In this document: positions 35,761-45,800 of the stretch, in pieces
Position numbering within the stretch: position 1 is the stretch's first letter
Layout: every line of letters starts with the position of its first letter
Assembly (NCBI GenBank): GCA_963713825.1
Contig: CAVQNG010000005.1
Coordinates: 96,001-160,000, forward strand
Direction: 5' to 3'
DNA from: an uncultured Acidobacteriota bacterium
GTDB lineage: Bacteria > Acidobacteriota > Thermoanaerobaculia > Multivoradales > JAHEKO01
Length of the DNA stretch: 64,000 nt
Translations under genes and position numbers: made by a program
The notes under the pieces: model-generated
Told to the model about the DNA's origin: nothing
What the model saw: only the letters and a program-made list of their open reading frames with translations
Databases searched by the model: none

Positions 35761-38739
35761 ATGCTCGGCAAAACGCTGGCTCACTACAAAATCCTCGAGA
35801 AGATCGGCGAAGGCGGCATGGGCGAGGTCTACCTCGCCGAGGACACCAAGCTCAAACGACAGGTGGCCCTGAAGGTTTTGCCGGTCGAGATGGCGTCGGA
35901 CGAGGCGCGGCTCGAGCGCTTCCAGCGCGAAGCCGAGACCGTGGCTGCCTTGGATCATCCCAACATCGTCACCATGTACTCGGTGGAGGAGGACCAGGGC
36001 GTCCACTTTCTCACCATGAGTTACATCGACGGCAAGCGGCTGGATCAGATCGTGCCGGAGGGAGGCCTCTCGCTGGATCGGATCTTCGACATCGCCGTGC
36101 CTTTGGCCGATGCCCTGAGTGCCGCCCACGAGAAGGGCATTACACACAGGGACCTCAAGCCGGCCAACATCATGGTGAACGAGGAGGGCCGGGTGAAGGT
36201 CCTCGATTTCGGCTTGGCCAAATTGCATGAGGGCAGCCCGGTAGCCGCAGGGGAGGACGAGCCGACCAGGGCTCTGACGCAGGAAGGGCTTGTTGTGGGG
36301 ACGGTGCCATACATGTCACCTGAGCAGGTGGAAGGAAAGGGTGTCGATCAGAGAACCGACATCTTCTCTTTCGGAATCCTGCTCTATGAGATGGCCACCG
36401 GCCGGCGGCCTTTCGGCGGCGAGAATTCCGCCCAGGTGGTCTCGGCGCTGCTGCGAGACGATCCTCCTTCGGTGGCAGAAGTGAAGGCTGATCTACCTTT
36501 TCACCTGAGTCGAATCGCCAGGCATTGCCTGGAGAAGGACCCCAAGAAGCGCTTCCAATCAGCCCTCGATCTGCGCAACGAGCTCGAGACCTTGAGGCAA
36601 GAGGTAGCTTCGGGGCAGATCCGACCGGCCAGCAGCTCGACCGTCATGGCGGCCCAACCCCAGGCTGGGAAGCCGAAGTGGCTCTGGCCTGCAGTGGCTG
36701 CCGGCGCGTTGCTTCTCCTGATCGTCGGATGGATGGTGATGCGTGGTGGAACCGAGTCGGGCACAGGCGGCGCTGGTACCGAAGCCGGTGCCGATGCGAA
36801 GCCATCGGTGGCGGTGCTCTATTTCGACAATCTCACCGGCGACGAAGACATGAACTGGTTGCGCACAGGGCTGGCCGACATGCTGGTGACCGACCTGTCG
36901 CAGCTGACAGGCGTGCGCGTCGTCGGTACCGATCGCGTTTACCAGATCCTCAAGGATCTCGACATGCTGGACGAGTCGATCACCTCGGCGGAGACGGTCC
37001 AGGAAGTCGCCGACCAGGCCGACGTCAAGACGGTGCTGCTCGGCAGCTTCGTCAAGGTCGGGGACACCCTGCGCATCAACGTCAAGGTCCAAGATGCCGA
37101 CACAGGCGAGATCATCGGCACCGAGCGTGCCGAAGGGCCTGGAGGGGACAACCTCTTCGCCCTCGTGGACAGCCTCAGCACCAGCCTGCGGGGGCGTTTT
37201 GAGAGCTCGGGCTCTGCTCCCCTCGATGGCGATCAGGATCTGATGGATGTGACAACGGCCTCGCTGGAGGCCTATCGCTATTACTCCGAAGGCGTGCACC
37301 TGGCCGACCTGGACAAGAACGAGGAAGCTCTTGCTTTGCTGGAGAAGTCCGTGGAGTTGGACCCTGGATTCGCCATGGCCCTGCGTAAACTGGCGGTGGT
37401 GCTCAGCAACGAGAACCGGGAAGAAGAATCTCAAGAGTACTCACGACGAGCTGTCGAGAACTCGGACCGCTTGCCGGCGAAAGAGAAATACCTGGTCGAG
37501 GCCTACCACTACTCGGACTATCCGACGACCATGAACAAGGGAGTCGAGGCCTATCAGAATCTGATCGAGATCGAACCGGACAACTTCACGGCGTTGCACA
37601 ATCTCGCGTTGCAATTCGCTCAAATGGAGCGTTGGGACGAGGCGGTGTCGCTCTTTGAGAGGGCGGCTTCCGCCGGCGACGATTTCCAGTTTCTGTACCA
37701 CAACATGGCCAATTCCTATGGCCATTTGGGACGGGTGACAGAAGCCCGTCATTCGTACGAACGGTTGCGGCAGATCGAGCCGGAGAGCGTCGTTGCCCTA
37801 TTCGGCGAGGGCTTCTTCGAACTTGGGTGGGGAGATCCGACACGGGCCCTCGAACTGTTCACGCAAGCCGAGGAGCTTCGTCCGGGTACGTTTCCCGGTG
37901 GAGCTGGACCTGTCAATGCCAACATCCTCCTCGAACGGTGGGACGACGCAACGAGCTACGCTCAGAAGATGGCCGCGTCGAACCGGCCGGCCGTGAGAAG
38001 GCAGGGTCTGGCGGGGCTTGCGCGGGTGGCGATCTATCAGGGTCATTCCAAGGACTCAGTGGAGCTCATGACCTCGAGGCTCGAGGAGCACCCCGAGACG
38101 GACGTGGTGCGGGCCGACCTGCAAAACGATCTTGCCTTCACTCTGGTGAGCCTCGGCAATACCTCGCGGGCAGCAGAGATGTTCGACGAGGCTGCCGAGA
38201 TGACTGCGGACACCTGGCAGGAGTTTGCCTCGAATCTGGGTCTGACGATTGCGTGGGCGCAGCAAGGTGAAACGACGGCTGCCAGAGCGGCAGCAGATCG
38301 AGCGCTGCAGCTCGTCGACTCGATTCCGAGTCAGTGGCCTGAAAGGATGAGACTCGTGTTGAGCGGGGTTATCGCTCTGGGTGAGGAGGACTTCGATCTC
38401 GCCATCACCGAGCTCGAGTCTGCCGAGGCCATGATGCCCGAGCACGCCGCCTACGACAACCAGATAACCAATATCCGCTTCTATCTGGCGGCAGCCTACA
38501 TGGGCGCCGGAGATGGGCAGAGGGCCGCCGAGCAGCTGCAGAAGATCATCGAATCCGAGGCGAAGCGGGTTTTCCGGCCAGAGATGTATGTCCGCAGCTA
38601 CTATCTCCTCGGGCAGATCGCCCTGGAGCGTGGCGACCTCGAGGAGGCCCGGACCTACTACCAGCGCTTCCTCGACCACTGGGCCGACGGCGACCTCGAC
38701 CGCGACCGGGTGGCCCAGGCCAAGCGGGTGGTCGGCTGA
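35761..38739 (+). CDS. Ser/Thr protein kinase, TM, TolB_N-like domain and TPRs
   Basis: MLGKTLAHY start after GGGAG; kinase motifs; VAVLYFDNLTG; TPRs; YQRFLDHWADGD. Confidence 0.94.
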   Translation: MLGKTLAHYKILEKIGEGGMGEVYLAEDTKLKRQVALKVLPVEMASDEARLERFQREAETVAALDHPNIVTMYSVEEDQGVHFLTMSYIDGKRLDQIVPEGGLSLDRIFDIAVPLADALSAAHEKGITHRDLKPANIMVNEEGRVKVLDFGLAKLHEGSPVAAGEDEPTRALTQEGLVVGTVPYMSPEQVEGKGVDQRTDIFSFGILLYEMATGRRPFGGENSAQVVSALLRDDPPSVAEVKADLPFHLSRIARHCLEKDPKKRFQSALDLRNELETLRQEVASGQIRPASSSTVMAAQPQAGKPKWLWPAVAAGALLLLIVGWMVMRGGTESGTGGAGTEAGADAKPSVAVLYFDNLTGDEDMNWLRTGLADMLVTDLSQLTGVRVVGTDRVYQILKDLDMLDESITSAETVQEVADQADVKTVLLGSFVKVGDTLRINVKVQDADTGEIIGTERAEGPGGDNLFALVDSLSTSLRGRFESSGSAPLDGDQDLMDVTTASLEAYRYYSEGVHLADLDKNEEALALLEKSVELDPGFAMALRKLAVVLSNENREEESQEYSRRAVENSDRLPAKEKYLVEAYHYSDYPTTMNKGVEAYQNLIEIEPDNFTALHNLALQFAQMERWDEAVSLFERAASAGDDFQFLYHNMANSYGHLGRVTEARHSYERLRQIEPESVVALFGEGFFELGWGDPTRALELFTQAEELRPGTFPGGAGPVNANILLERWDDATSYAQKMAASNRPAVRRQGLAGLARVAIYQGHSKDSVELMTSRLEEHPETDVVRADLQNDLAFTLVSLGNTSRAAEMFDEAAEMTADTWQEFASNLGLTIAWAQQGETTAARAAADRALQLVDSIPSQWPERMRLVLSGVIALGEEDFDLAITELESAEAMMPEHAAYDNQITNIRFYLAAAYMGAGDGQRAAEQLQKIIESEAKRVFRPEMYVRSYYLLGQIALERGDLEEARTYYQRFLDHWADGDLDRDRVAQAKRVVG

Positions 38740-38741
38740 TC

Positions 38742-39229
38742 CTCCCACCCGCCCACCCTGGGGTTTGAAGCGACCGTCGTACCTCCGGACGGCCTTTGAG
38801 GGCTTGGGGGGTTGAGCCAGCTGCCGTGCATCCAGCTGGCCTTTGAGGGCTTGGGTCCTGGGCCTTGAGCAACGGACTGATATCTCATAGAGGTCCGTCC
38901 GGGTGGCTCGCAGGGGGACGGCGTCGGCTACTCGGACTGCGATGGGCGGGCCGCCACCTTGTCTCGTCATCGCGCCTCATCTTCTGTGCTCTGCGATAGC
39001 TCTTGCGCTGCGCTCGACTCGGCACCCCCTGTCGAACCACCCGAACGAACCTATGGCTCCGATGAGGGCCTGCGGGAGCAGGGGTCCGGGGTTCGGCGTG
39101 GGGACCTCCACGGGGGTTCTTGCAGCGGAAGGGAGGATAGCCCCCTGGGGGCCCCGCGTCGGACCCCCCCACGAGGTTGCGGTCTTCTGCCCAGGGTGCG
39201 CGGGGCTCGCGAACCACCCGGACGGACCT
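38742..39229. repeat. Mosaic repeat locus C: two R3 units (minus), heptamer, R1 (38890-39053), R2 (39089-39166), extra inverted R1 end (39209-39229)
   Basis: Direct sequence homology with loci A, B and D. Confidence 0.92.
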
Positions 39230-39308
39230 TCCTGCAGTGAGGCCTCTGCAATTGCGCGGTTGCCGTTTTCCGGGTACCGTCGGGCCTACTGACAACGAGG
39301 TGACGATC

Positions 39309-40088
39309 ATGGCGAGCAATCCTGTTGATTCTTCGAAATTCACTGCACTTTCAGGCTGCATAGCTCTTCTGCTGGGGTTGCTGCTTCTACCTGCGGCGGC
39401 CGGTGCCCTGGGCCTGGAGCTGGAGGCGCGTTATTGGGCGCCAGATCTCTCGGGCAGTGCAAGCCTCGAGGACTTTCCGGATATCGGACTCGATGTCGGG
39501 GATTTGCTGGGTATGAGCGCGGACGCCGTGCCGGAGGCGCGGCTGACCTTCCGGCCCTTCCTGGGGATCTTCGCGCGCGGTACCTATTCCAAATTCTCCA
39601 ACTCGGGGGAGACGGGCTTCGGTCTCGGGGACTTTCCCATCGATCTAGACGCCCGTATCACCAGCAGCCTCGACTTCGACTACTACCGTCTGGGCCTGGG
39701 TTGGCAGTTCGTGACACCGAAGAAGACCCTGCGGATCGGCCCCTACGTCGAAGCCAAGGGGCTGTCGGGAGATGCGTCCATCGGCCTGAGCTCGAGGGTC
39801 CTGGATTGGACCGAGTCCGAGAGCTTCGATGCAGTCTTCGGTTCCGTTGGGGGGCTGCTGGAGATCCAGCCAACTGACAAGTTTCAGATTTTCGCCGACG
39901 CTTCGGTGCTGGTCGGCGAAGATGACGCGGACTTTCTCGACGCCGAGTTGGGCGCTCGCTTCTATCCCATCTACATGGTCGGCATCGGTCTGGGCTACCG
40001 TCTCATCGAAGTCGACGGTCTGGTCGACAACATCAAGATGGACCTCGACTTCAAGGGGTTCTTCGGTAGCCTCGTCCTTCGCTTCTAG
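39309..40088 (+). CDS. Outer-membrane beta-barrel protein
   Basis: Signal peptide, amphipathic strands (GIGLGYRL), C-terminal Phe (GFFGSLVLRF). Confidence 0.8.
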   Translation: MASNPVDSSKFTALSGCIALLLGLLLLPAAAGALGLELEARYWAPDLSGSASLEDFPDIGLDVGDLLGMSADAVPEARLTFRPFLGIFARGTYSKFSNSGETGFGLGDFPIDLDARITSSLDFDYYRLGLGWQFVTPKKTLRIGPYVEAKGLSGDASIGLSSRVLDWTESESFDAVFGSVGGLLEIQPTDKFQIFADASVLVGEDDADFLDAELGARFYPIYMVGIGLGYRLIEVDGLVDNIKMDLDFKGFFGSLVLRF

Positions 40089-40206
40089 TGAGGCGCGCCC
40101 TACCTGAAAGAGTGCGGGCTTTCGCCGTTCTCAGTAGATCGACTCTGATCTGCCCGAGGCCGGTGCCCACCGGCCCAACGCCGCGATGCACTGAGTTCGT
40201 GCTGGA

Positions 40207-40863
40207 TCAGACGAAGGACGCGATCTCTGGCGATTCGACAATCTCGCAACCAGGTCGCTCGGCCTTGGCAGATTCGACCATGACGCGGGCGACTGTCTCG
40301 GCTGGTACCCCTCGGTACCTTCGCGGAGCTGCCTTGAGCAGGACTTCGTAGAACTGCTCGGCCAGTCGGGGCTCCTTGCGTTCGCCCACTAGCAAGGATG
40401 GCCGGAGATAGGTCAGGCCTCGGTAGCCGATTTCCGAGATCGCTGCCTCCAGCTCGCCTTTGATCTTCAGATAGAAGACCCGTCCCTCGGGATCGGCCCC
40501 CAGAGAGCTCACGAGCACGAGGTGCTGTGCTCCGGCATCGAGAGCGGCTCGCGCAATGGCGAGGGGATAGTCGAAATCCACCCGGCGGAAGTTCTCCTGG
40601 CTTCCGGCTTTGGCGATCGTCGTGCCCAGGGCGCTGAATACGTGATCGACCCGTAGTCTTCCCATGAACTGGCCGAGTTGCTCGAAGTCGACGATCCGCT
40701 GATCGAGCTTCGGGTGCGAGACCACGGTGCCGAGCGGTCGCCTGGTCAACGCGACGACCTTCTTGTAGTAGGGATCAGCCAGCAGCAGGTCCAGGCAATG
40801 AGAGCCGACGAGGCCGGTGGGTCCACAGAGTAGCGCGGTTCGTCCTTCCGCCAGGTCGTTCAT
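40207..40863 (-). CDS. NAD(P)-binding atypical SDR (YraR/TIP30-like)
   Basis: GPTGLVG, ALGTTIAKAGS, VDFDYP, YLKIKG, RPSLL. Confidence 0.9.
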   Translation of the reverse strand: MNDLAEGRTALLCGPTGLVGSHCLDLLLADPYYKKVVALTRRPLGTVVSHPKLDQRIVDFEQLGQFMGRLRVDHVFSALGTTIAKAGSQENFRRVDFDYPLAIARAALDAGAQHLVLVSSLGADPEGRVFYLKIKGELEAAISEIGYRGLTYLRPSLLVGERKEPRLAEQFYEVLLKAAPRRYRGVPAETVARVMVESAKAERPGCEIVESPEIASFV

Positions 40864-40947
40864 GCAGCGATTGTAGCTCTAGCTCGGATTGCCCGGCATG
40901 GAGCAGTCCTCACTGGACACCGGTCTTGTTGCCGAACCATCTGCGTC

Positions 40948-41451
40948 CTAACGGCGCTTTCGACGGAACTCCCACGGCGGCTCCGGGTCGGGGTCCTGCC
41001 AAAGACCACGGTGTGCCTTTCGGGCCTCGCGCTGGGCCTTGCCGAGAGCGATCTCCGAGGAGTAGCGGGTGTAGTGCCAGGCGAGTCCCTCGCTGATGAG
41101 CTGCTCGGAGAGGTCGGAACCATCGACATAGATGCGGGCGACTAGCCGGTCGTATTGATCCCGATCACGCACCTCGACCCGCACCCTTTTGCCCTCGACG
41201 AGCTCCCGAGTCCGCTTCCGCGCCACGTTGCTGAAGGGCTGTCCTTTTTCGGGTGTGTCGATGGCGTGCAGTCGAACTCTCAGGCTCTTGGGACCACCGG
41301 CCATGACCTCGATCGTGTCGCCGTCGTAGACCTTGACGCAGCGACCCTCGAAGGAATCGCGGGGGAGGCAGCCAGAAAGCGTGGCTGCGATCGCCAGGCC
41401 CAGAGCGATGGCGATTCTGTGCAGGCTAGCGGGTGGAGATGGGATGCGCAT
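40948..41451 (-). CDS. Thermonuclease (SNase) family lipoprotein
   Basis: LSGC lipobox, VYDGDTI, IDTPE, DQYDR, GLW..PPWEFR. Confidence 0.92.
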   Translation of the reverse strand: MRIPSPPASLHRIAIALGLAIAATLSGCLPRDSFEGRCVKVYDGDTIEVMAGGPKSLRVRLHAIDTPEKGQPFSNVARKRTRELVEGKRVRVEVRDRDQYDRLVARIYVDGSDLSEQLISEGLAWHYTRYSSEIALGKAQREARKAHRGLWQDPDPEPPWEFRRKRR

Positions 41452-41533
41452 CTTTTGTACCGAGGGCATTGTATTCGAGGCTCCTGGACGTCGAGCGTGC
41501 GTCGGAGAAGCAGGCTAAACTGCAGGTCAAGAG

Positions 41534-42856
41534 ATGGCTACCAGAACCACGGTTCACGAGCAGCCCACCAACGTTCGGTGGGCCATTCTCGCTCTGCTGT
41601 TCGTCATCAGCTTCGTGGCTTACCTGCTGCGAATGAACATCTCCGTGGCCGCGAAGTTCATGATGCCCGAGCTGGGTCTGTCCGAGGTACAGATGGGATG
41701 GGTGTTCGCAGCCTTCGTGTGGGGTTATGCACTGTTCCAGATTCCAGGTGGCTTTTTCGGCGAGATTCTGGGGCCCCGCCGGGCGCTGTCGATCGTTGTG
41801 CTGCTCTGGGCCATCCTGACGGTCCTTACCGGCTTGATCCCAGGCCAGATCTTCACCTGGGCTGGAGGCGCCCTGGCGTCACTTCTGGTGCTGCGGTTTC
41901 TGATGGGAGTCGTTCAGGCACCGCTCTATCCGGTCACAGCCGGAACAGTTCAACAGTGGTTTCCCGTTGGCAGCTGGGCTCTGCCGAATGGGCTGTCCAG
42001 CATGGGACTGGGATTGGGTGCGGCTTTCACGCCGCCGCTGGTCGCCTGGGTGATGGTAACCGTGGGTTGGAGGGAGACTTTCTATGTCACCGCTCCGGTG
42101 GCCCTCGTCCTCATCGCTGGCTGGTGGTGGTACGTCACCGACTCGCCTGAAGAGCACAGCAAGGTGAACCGGTCGGAGCTGGAGCTCATCACAGCCGACC
42201 GGCCAGCCGAGGGGGCGATACCGGAGACAGGAGTGGTGAAGCGCCTGGCGAAGAATCGGGATCTGTTGCTGCTCACAGTGAGCTATCTATGCATGAACTA
42301 CGTCTTCTACATCTTCTTTACGTGGTTCTACATCTACCTGGTGGATGTAAAGGGCTTCGGATTGCTCGAAGGAGGGTTCTTTGCGTCTCTACCCTTCATC
42401 GTCGGATCTTTCGCCGCGGCCGCGGGTGGATGGACCTGCGATCACCTCTGCCAGCGAATCGGGCCCAGGTGGGGATGTCGGCTTCCCGGCATCTCGGGCA
42501 TGGTTCTGGTGGCCCTTTTCCTGGTGCTCGGGGCGCTGGCGACGAACGCAGTTCTGGCGGTTGTCCTACTGTCCATCTGCTTCGCGTCGACACAGTTCAC
42601 GGAAGGGGCCTACTGGGCTGGCGCGACCTACATCGGGGGTCGGCACACCTCGGCGGCGACGGGCGTGCTCAATACCGGAGGAAACCTGGGGGGAGTCATC
42701 TCGGCCCCGATGATCCCCATACTGGTTGACCAGTTCGGCTGGTTGATAGCCCTCTCCACTGGTTCGGTCTTCGCCCTTGTGGGTGCCGCGCTCTGGCTGT
42801 GGGTTCGAGCCGACGAGCCCCTTGTCGGTAAGCGCGAGAGCCGGGAAATCTTCTAG
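41534..42856 (+). CDS. MFS transporter, anion:cation symporter (sugar-acid)-like
   Basis: 12 TMs; YLLRMNISVA, YALFQIPGG, RFLMG, LNTGGNLGG. Confidence 0.9.
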   Translation: MATRTTVHEQPTNVRWAILALLFVISFVAYLLRMNISVAAKFMMPELGLSEVQMGWVFAAFVWGYALFQIPGGFFGEILGPRRALSIVVLLWAILTVLTGLIPGQIFTWAGGALASLLVLRFLMGVVQAPLYPVTAGTVQQWFPVGSWALPNGLSSMGLGLGAAFTPPLVAWVMVTVGWRETFYVTAPVALVLIAGWWWYVTDSPEEHSKVNRSELELITADRPAEGAIPETGVVKRLAKNRDLLLLTVSYLCMNYVFYIFFTWFYIYLVDVKGFGLLEGGFFASLPFIVGSFAAAAGGWTCDHLCQRIGPRWGCRLPGISGMVLVALFLVLGALATNAVLAVVLLSICFASTQFTEGAYWAGATYIGGRHTSAATGVLNTGGNLGGVISAPMIPILVDQFGWLIALSTGSVFALVGAALWLWVRADEPLVGKRESREIF

Positions 42857-42896
42857 GAGTCGCCTTTCCACTCTTCAATCGGAACCACGGAGAATC

Positions 42897-44276
42897 TCAG
42901 TTCTCGTCGCGTCCATAGCCGGTGCCGATAGCGATCAGGGTCATGCCCAGCAGCGCCCAGGAGTGGAAATTAGCCAGGCCGATCTGAAGCGCAGAGAGCA
43001 TGGGAAGTCCGACCGCGGCCCCAGCGCTGGTCGTGCTAGCTGCCAGAACCGTTGGGATGCAGTAGGGAACCAGGAAAGGCCAGGTGCAGACCGTCATGTC
43101 CAGGAGGTTGGCCCTCCGGTAGCGACCGATACCGGCATTCTCGCCGGCCTGTCGAGCAAAGCCACCGATCGCGAGCAGGGCGACCACCGAGTGGGTGGTC
43201 AGGAGGACGGCGGCCGAGGCCATGGTGAAGAGACCGAATTCGACGCCCCGTGCCGTTCTGGCCCTTCCGCTCCACGCCCCAACGATGCGGCCCAGCAGTC
43301 CCGAAGCCTCGAGTCCGGCCACCAGGCCCATGAGCAGAAGCGTGAAGATGGAGACTCCGATGCCGCGTTCCATGCCGTCGATGATGAGACCGCGGGCAGT
43401 GTAGGCCTCTGGGTCGATGTAGAGGAGTTGTCGGGGTTCGAGGAGTCCGAGCGCCAGACCGATGCCGGCCGCGATCAGGATTCCAGTCAGCAGGCCGGTC
43501 AGCAGATGCGAGCGACGGATCAGGAGGACGACGACAACCAGGGGAGCCAGGAGCATGGGGAGGCCGCTCGGGTTCCCTTGCAGTGTCAGAGCCTGGGCGC
43601 CGCCGTTCTGTGCACTTCCCAGCAGAACGTAGAAGACGAGCGCCACAGCAGCCGCTGGCAAGGCATAGCGCAGCCTGGTTCTCACTACGCCGCCGATGTC
43701 GGCGCCCTGGGTGGAGGCCGAGGCGATGGTGGTATCCGAAACAGGTGAGATGTTGTCTCCGAAAGTGGCGCCACCCAGGATGGCTCCCATGAGGATCACC
43801 GGGTCGGTGCCGAGGCCGGCCGAAGCCGGGTAGAGAAGGGGAGCGCAGAGGATGATGGTGCCCAGGCTGGTGCCGGTGGCCGTTGCCACCAGGCAGCTGA
43901 TGAGGAAGCTGGCGGCGGCATAGCCGCCCCCTTGGAGACCGAGCTTGCCGGCTACCCAGACCAGTGACTCCACGAAGCCGCTGGCATTCATGAGGCTGGC
44001 CAGGACGCCGGCCAGCAGCCAGGCCAGAATCATCAACAGCACGATGGGCTGGCTCATGCCGCGCACCACGGTGTCGGCCCAGGCGCCCCGGTCCTCGGCC
44101 AGCAACATGGCGACAATCAGGGCGACCAGCAGGATCGGCCAAAAGCCATGCTCGTCCGGAGCGCCCGAGAGGCCGAGCCAGGCCACGCCGATCAGAAAGA
44201 CGAGGAAGGGCACGAGGGCGCCAATCCATCCGCCCTTGAACTGAAGCGACTCTCTATGGGCGTGTGGCTCGTTCAC
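42897..44276 (-). CDS. NhaC-family Na+/H+ antiporter / amino-acid transporter
   Basis: TATGTSLGT, GGATFGDNISPVSDTTIASA; GTG start at 44276. Confidence 0.9.
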   Translation of the reverse strand: MNEPHAHRESLQFKGGWIGALVPFLVFLIGVAWLGLSGAPDEHGFWPILLVALIVAMLLAEDRGAWADTVVRGMSQPIVLLMILAWLLAGVLASLMNASGFVESLVWVAGKLGLQGGGYAAASFLISCLVATATGTSLGTIILCAPLLYPASAGLGTDPVILMGAILGGATFGDNISPVSDTTIASASTQGADIGGVVRTRLRYALPAAAVALVFYVLLGSAQNGGAQALTLQGNPSGLPMLLAPLVVVVLLIRRSHLLTGLLTGILIAAGIGLALGLLEPRQLLYIDPEAYTARGLIIDGMERGIGVSIFTLLLMGLVAGLEASGLLGRIVGAWSGRARTARGVEFGLFTMASAAVLLTTHSVVALLAIGGFARQAGENAGIGRYRRANLLDMTVCTWPFLVPYCIPTVLAASTTSAGAAVGLPMLSALQIGLANFHSWALLGMTLIAIGTGYGRDEN

Positions 44277-44388
44277 GGAATTCCCCTGGCACCTTGGATT
44301 GAAGACGTCTGAACATAGCAGAGGCCAGATCGGAAAGGGCCGCAAAAGTGGGTGGCACCTTAGAATGGGGCATCGATAGGAGGATGTA

Positions 44389-44739
44389 ATGGCTGGCAAT
44401 CCCGATGAATTCACGCTGTGGGACCTGAAGGTAGAGGTGGTGGCGGGAGAAGGCGAGATGGTCTGCAACCACCAGGTGGGTGACTCCTTCGAGCTGTCGG
44501 GCGAAGACCTCACCCTGCCTGCTGGACAGAGCTTTCCGATCTACCCTCTGGCGGCGCTACTCCCGCTGCTGCCCGCCAAGCAGCGAGACACGGAGCCCAA
44601 CGACTGGATGACGACCGATACCGAGGTGGCTTGCCCTGATCCCAACTGTGGTGCGAGGTTCCGGATCATGCGGACCGGTCGGCGAACCTTCCGCCATGGT
44701 GACGTGACCCGGGTGCCGTTGCCGGAGCAGGACTCTTGA
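44389..44739 (+). CDS. TIGR04076-family protein
   Basis: LKVEVV..CNHQVGDSFEL..ACPDPNCG; AGGAGG RBS; TAGAAT at 44361. Confidence 0.8.
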   Translation: MAGNPDEFTLWDLKVEVVAGEGEMVCNHQVGDSFELSGEDLTLPAGQSFPIYPLAALLPLLPAKQRDTEPNDWMTTDTEVACPDPNCGARFRIMRTGRRTFRHGDVTRVPLPEQDS

Positions 44740-45788
44740 TCGAGCGCTTCGAGCTGGCCCCGGGGTATTCGATCTCCAGGCTGGTCAACGGAGGCTGGCA
44801 GCTGAGTGCTGGCCATCGCCCCAGCTCGCTGGATCGTCAGGCGGTGATTGCCGATCTGCGACGTCTGGTCGATGTCGGGCTCACAACGTTCGACTGTGCC
44901 GACATCTACCTGGGTGTCGAAGAGCTGTTGGGCGAGCTCGTTCGCGACCTGAAAAAGAGCTCGGTCTCAGACGAGATCCAGATCCACACCAAGTTCGTGC
45001 CCGATCGATCAGATCTGGGCAGCGTCGATCGCCAGGGAGTGGCCAGAATCATCGATCGATCCCTCGAGCGCCTCGGAGTCGAGCGACTGGACCTCGTGCA
45101 GTTTCATTGGTGGGACTACGGGGCACCTCGATACGTCGAGGTCGCCGGTTGGCTGGTCGATCTGCAGCTGGCTGGGAAGATCCGACTTCTTGGAACCACC
45201 AACTTCGACACTCCTCGATTGCAGGAGCTAGTGGATTCCGGGTTTCCCGTCGCAGCCCACCAGGTACAGTACTCGGTCTTGGATCGACGGCCTGAGGCGG
45301 CGATGGTCGACTTTTGCCGCGACAACGGTATCCAGCTCCTCTGTTACGGCTCGGTCGCTGGCGGGTTCCTTTCGGCGCGCTATCTGAGCTCGCCCGAGCC
45401 GAAGGAGCCTCTGCAGAACCGCTCATTAACGAAGTACAAGCTGATCATCGACGAGTTCGGGAGCTGGGAGCTCTTCCAGGAGTTGCTGCAAGCCCTGGCC
45501 GAGAGTGGCCGCAAGCATGATGTCAGCCCAACGACGGTAGCTGTGCGCTGGGTGCTGGAGCGGCCGCAGGTCGCGGCGGTGCTGATGGGGACCCGCAATG
45601 CCGATCACCTGGCGCCGAACTTGGAGGTCTTCCGTCTTCGTCTCGACGGGGAGGATCGCCAGATCCTGGGCGAGGTCCTGCGAAGGGCAGGAGGACCCTT
45701 GGGAGAGCCTTTTTCTCTGGAGCGAGAGCCCGAGGGGCGTCACGCTGTCATCATGAAGACCGACTTGAATCGGGCGACGATCGACTGA
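44736..45788 (+). CDS. Aldo/keto reductase
   Basis: GGWQLSAGH, FDCADIY, HTKFVP, QFHWW; start overlaps the upstream stop. Confidence 0.9.
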   Translation: MIERFELAPGYSISRLVNGGWQLSAGHRPSSLDRQAVIADLRRLVDVGLTTFDCADIYLGVEELLGELVRDLKKSSVSDEIQIHTKFVPDRSDLGSVDRQGVARIIDRSLERLGVERLDLVQFHWWDYGAPRYVEVAGWLVDLQLAGKIRLLGTTNFDTPRLQELVDSGFPVAAHQVQYSVLDRRPEAAMVDFCRDNGIQLLCYGSVAGGFLSARYLSSPEPKEPLQNRSLTKYKLIIDEFGSWELFQELLQALAESGRKHDVSPTTVAVRWVLERPQVAAVLMGTRNADHLAPNLEVFRLRLDGEDRQILGEVLRRAGGPLGEPFSLEREPEGRHAVIMKTDLNRATID

Positions 45789-45800
45789 TCCTTCGAACAG

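Noticed and set aside
38890-39053. Integron attC site
   Set aside because: No RYYYAAC...GTTRRRY ends, no cassette organisation and no integrase in the window.
38885-39361. Similar short ORFs at several loci (e.g. RRDDETRWRP at 35122, 38885, 63057)
   Set aside because: Translations of the R1 repeat with inconsistent starts and stops and no RBS. Conservation is better explained by base pairing.
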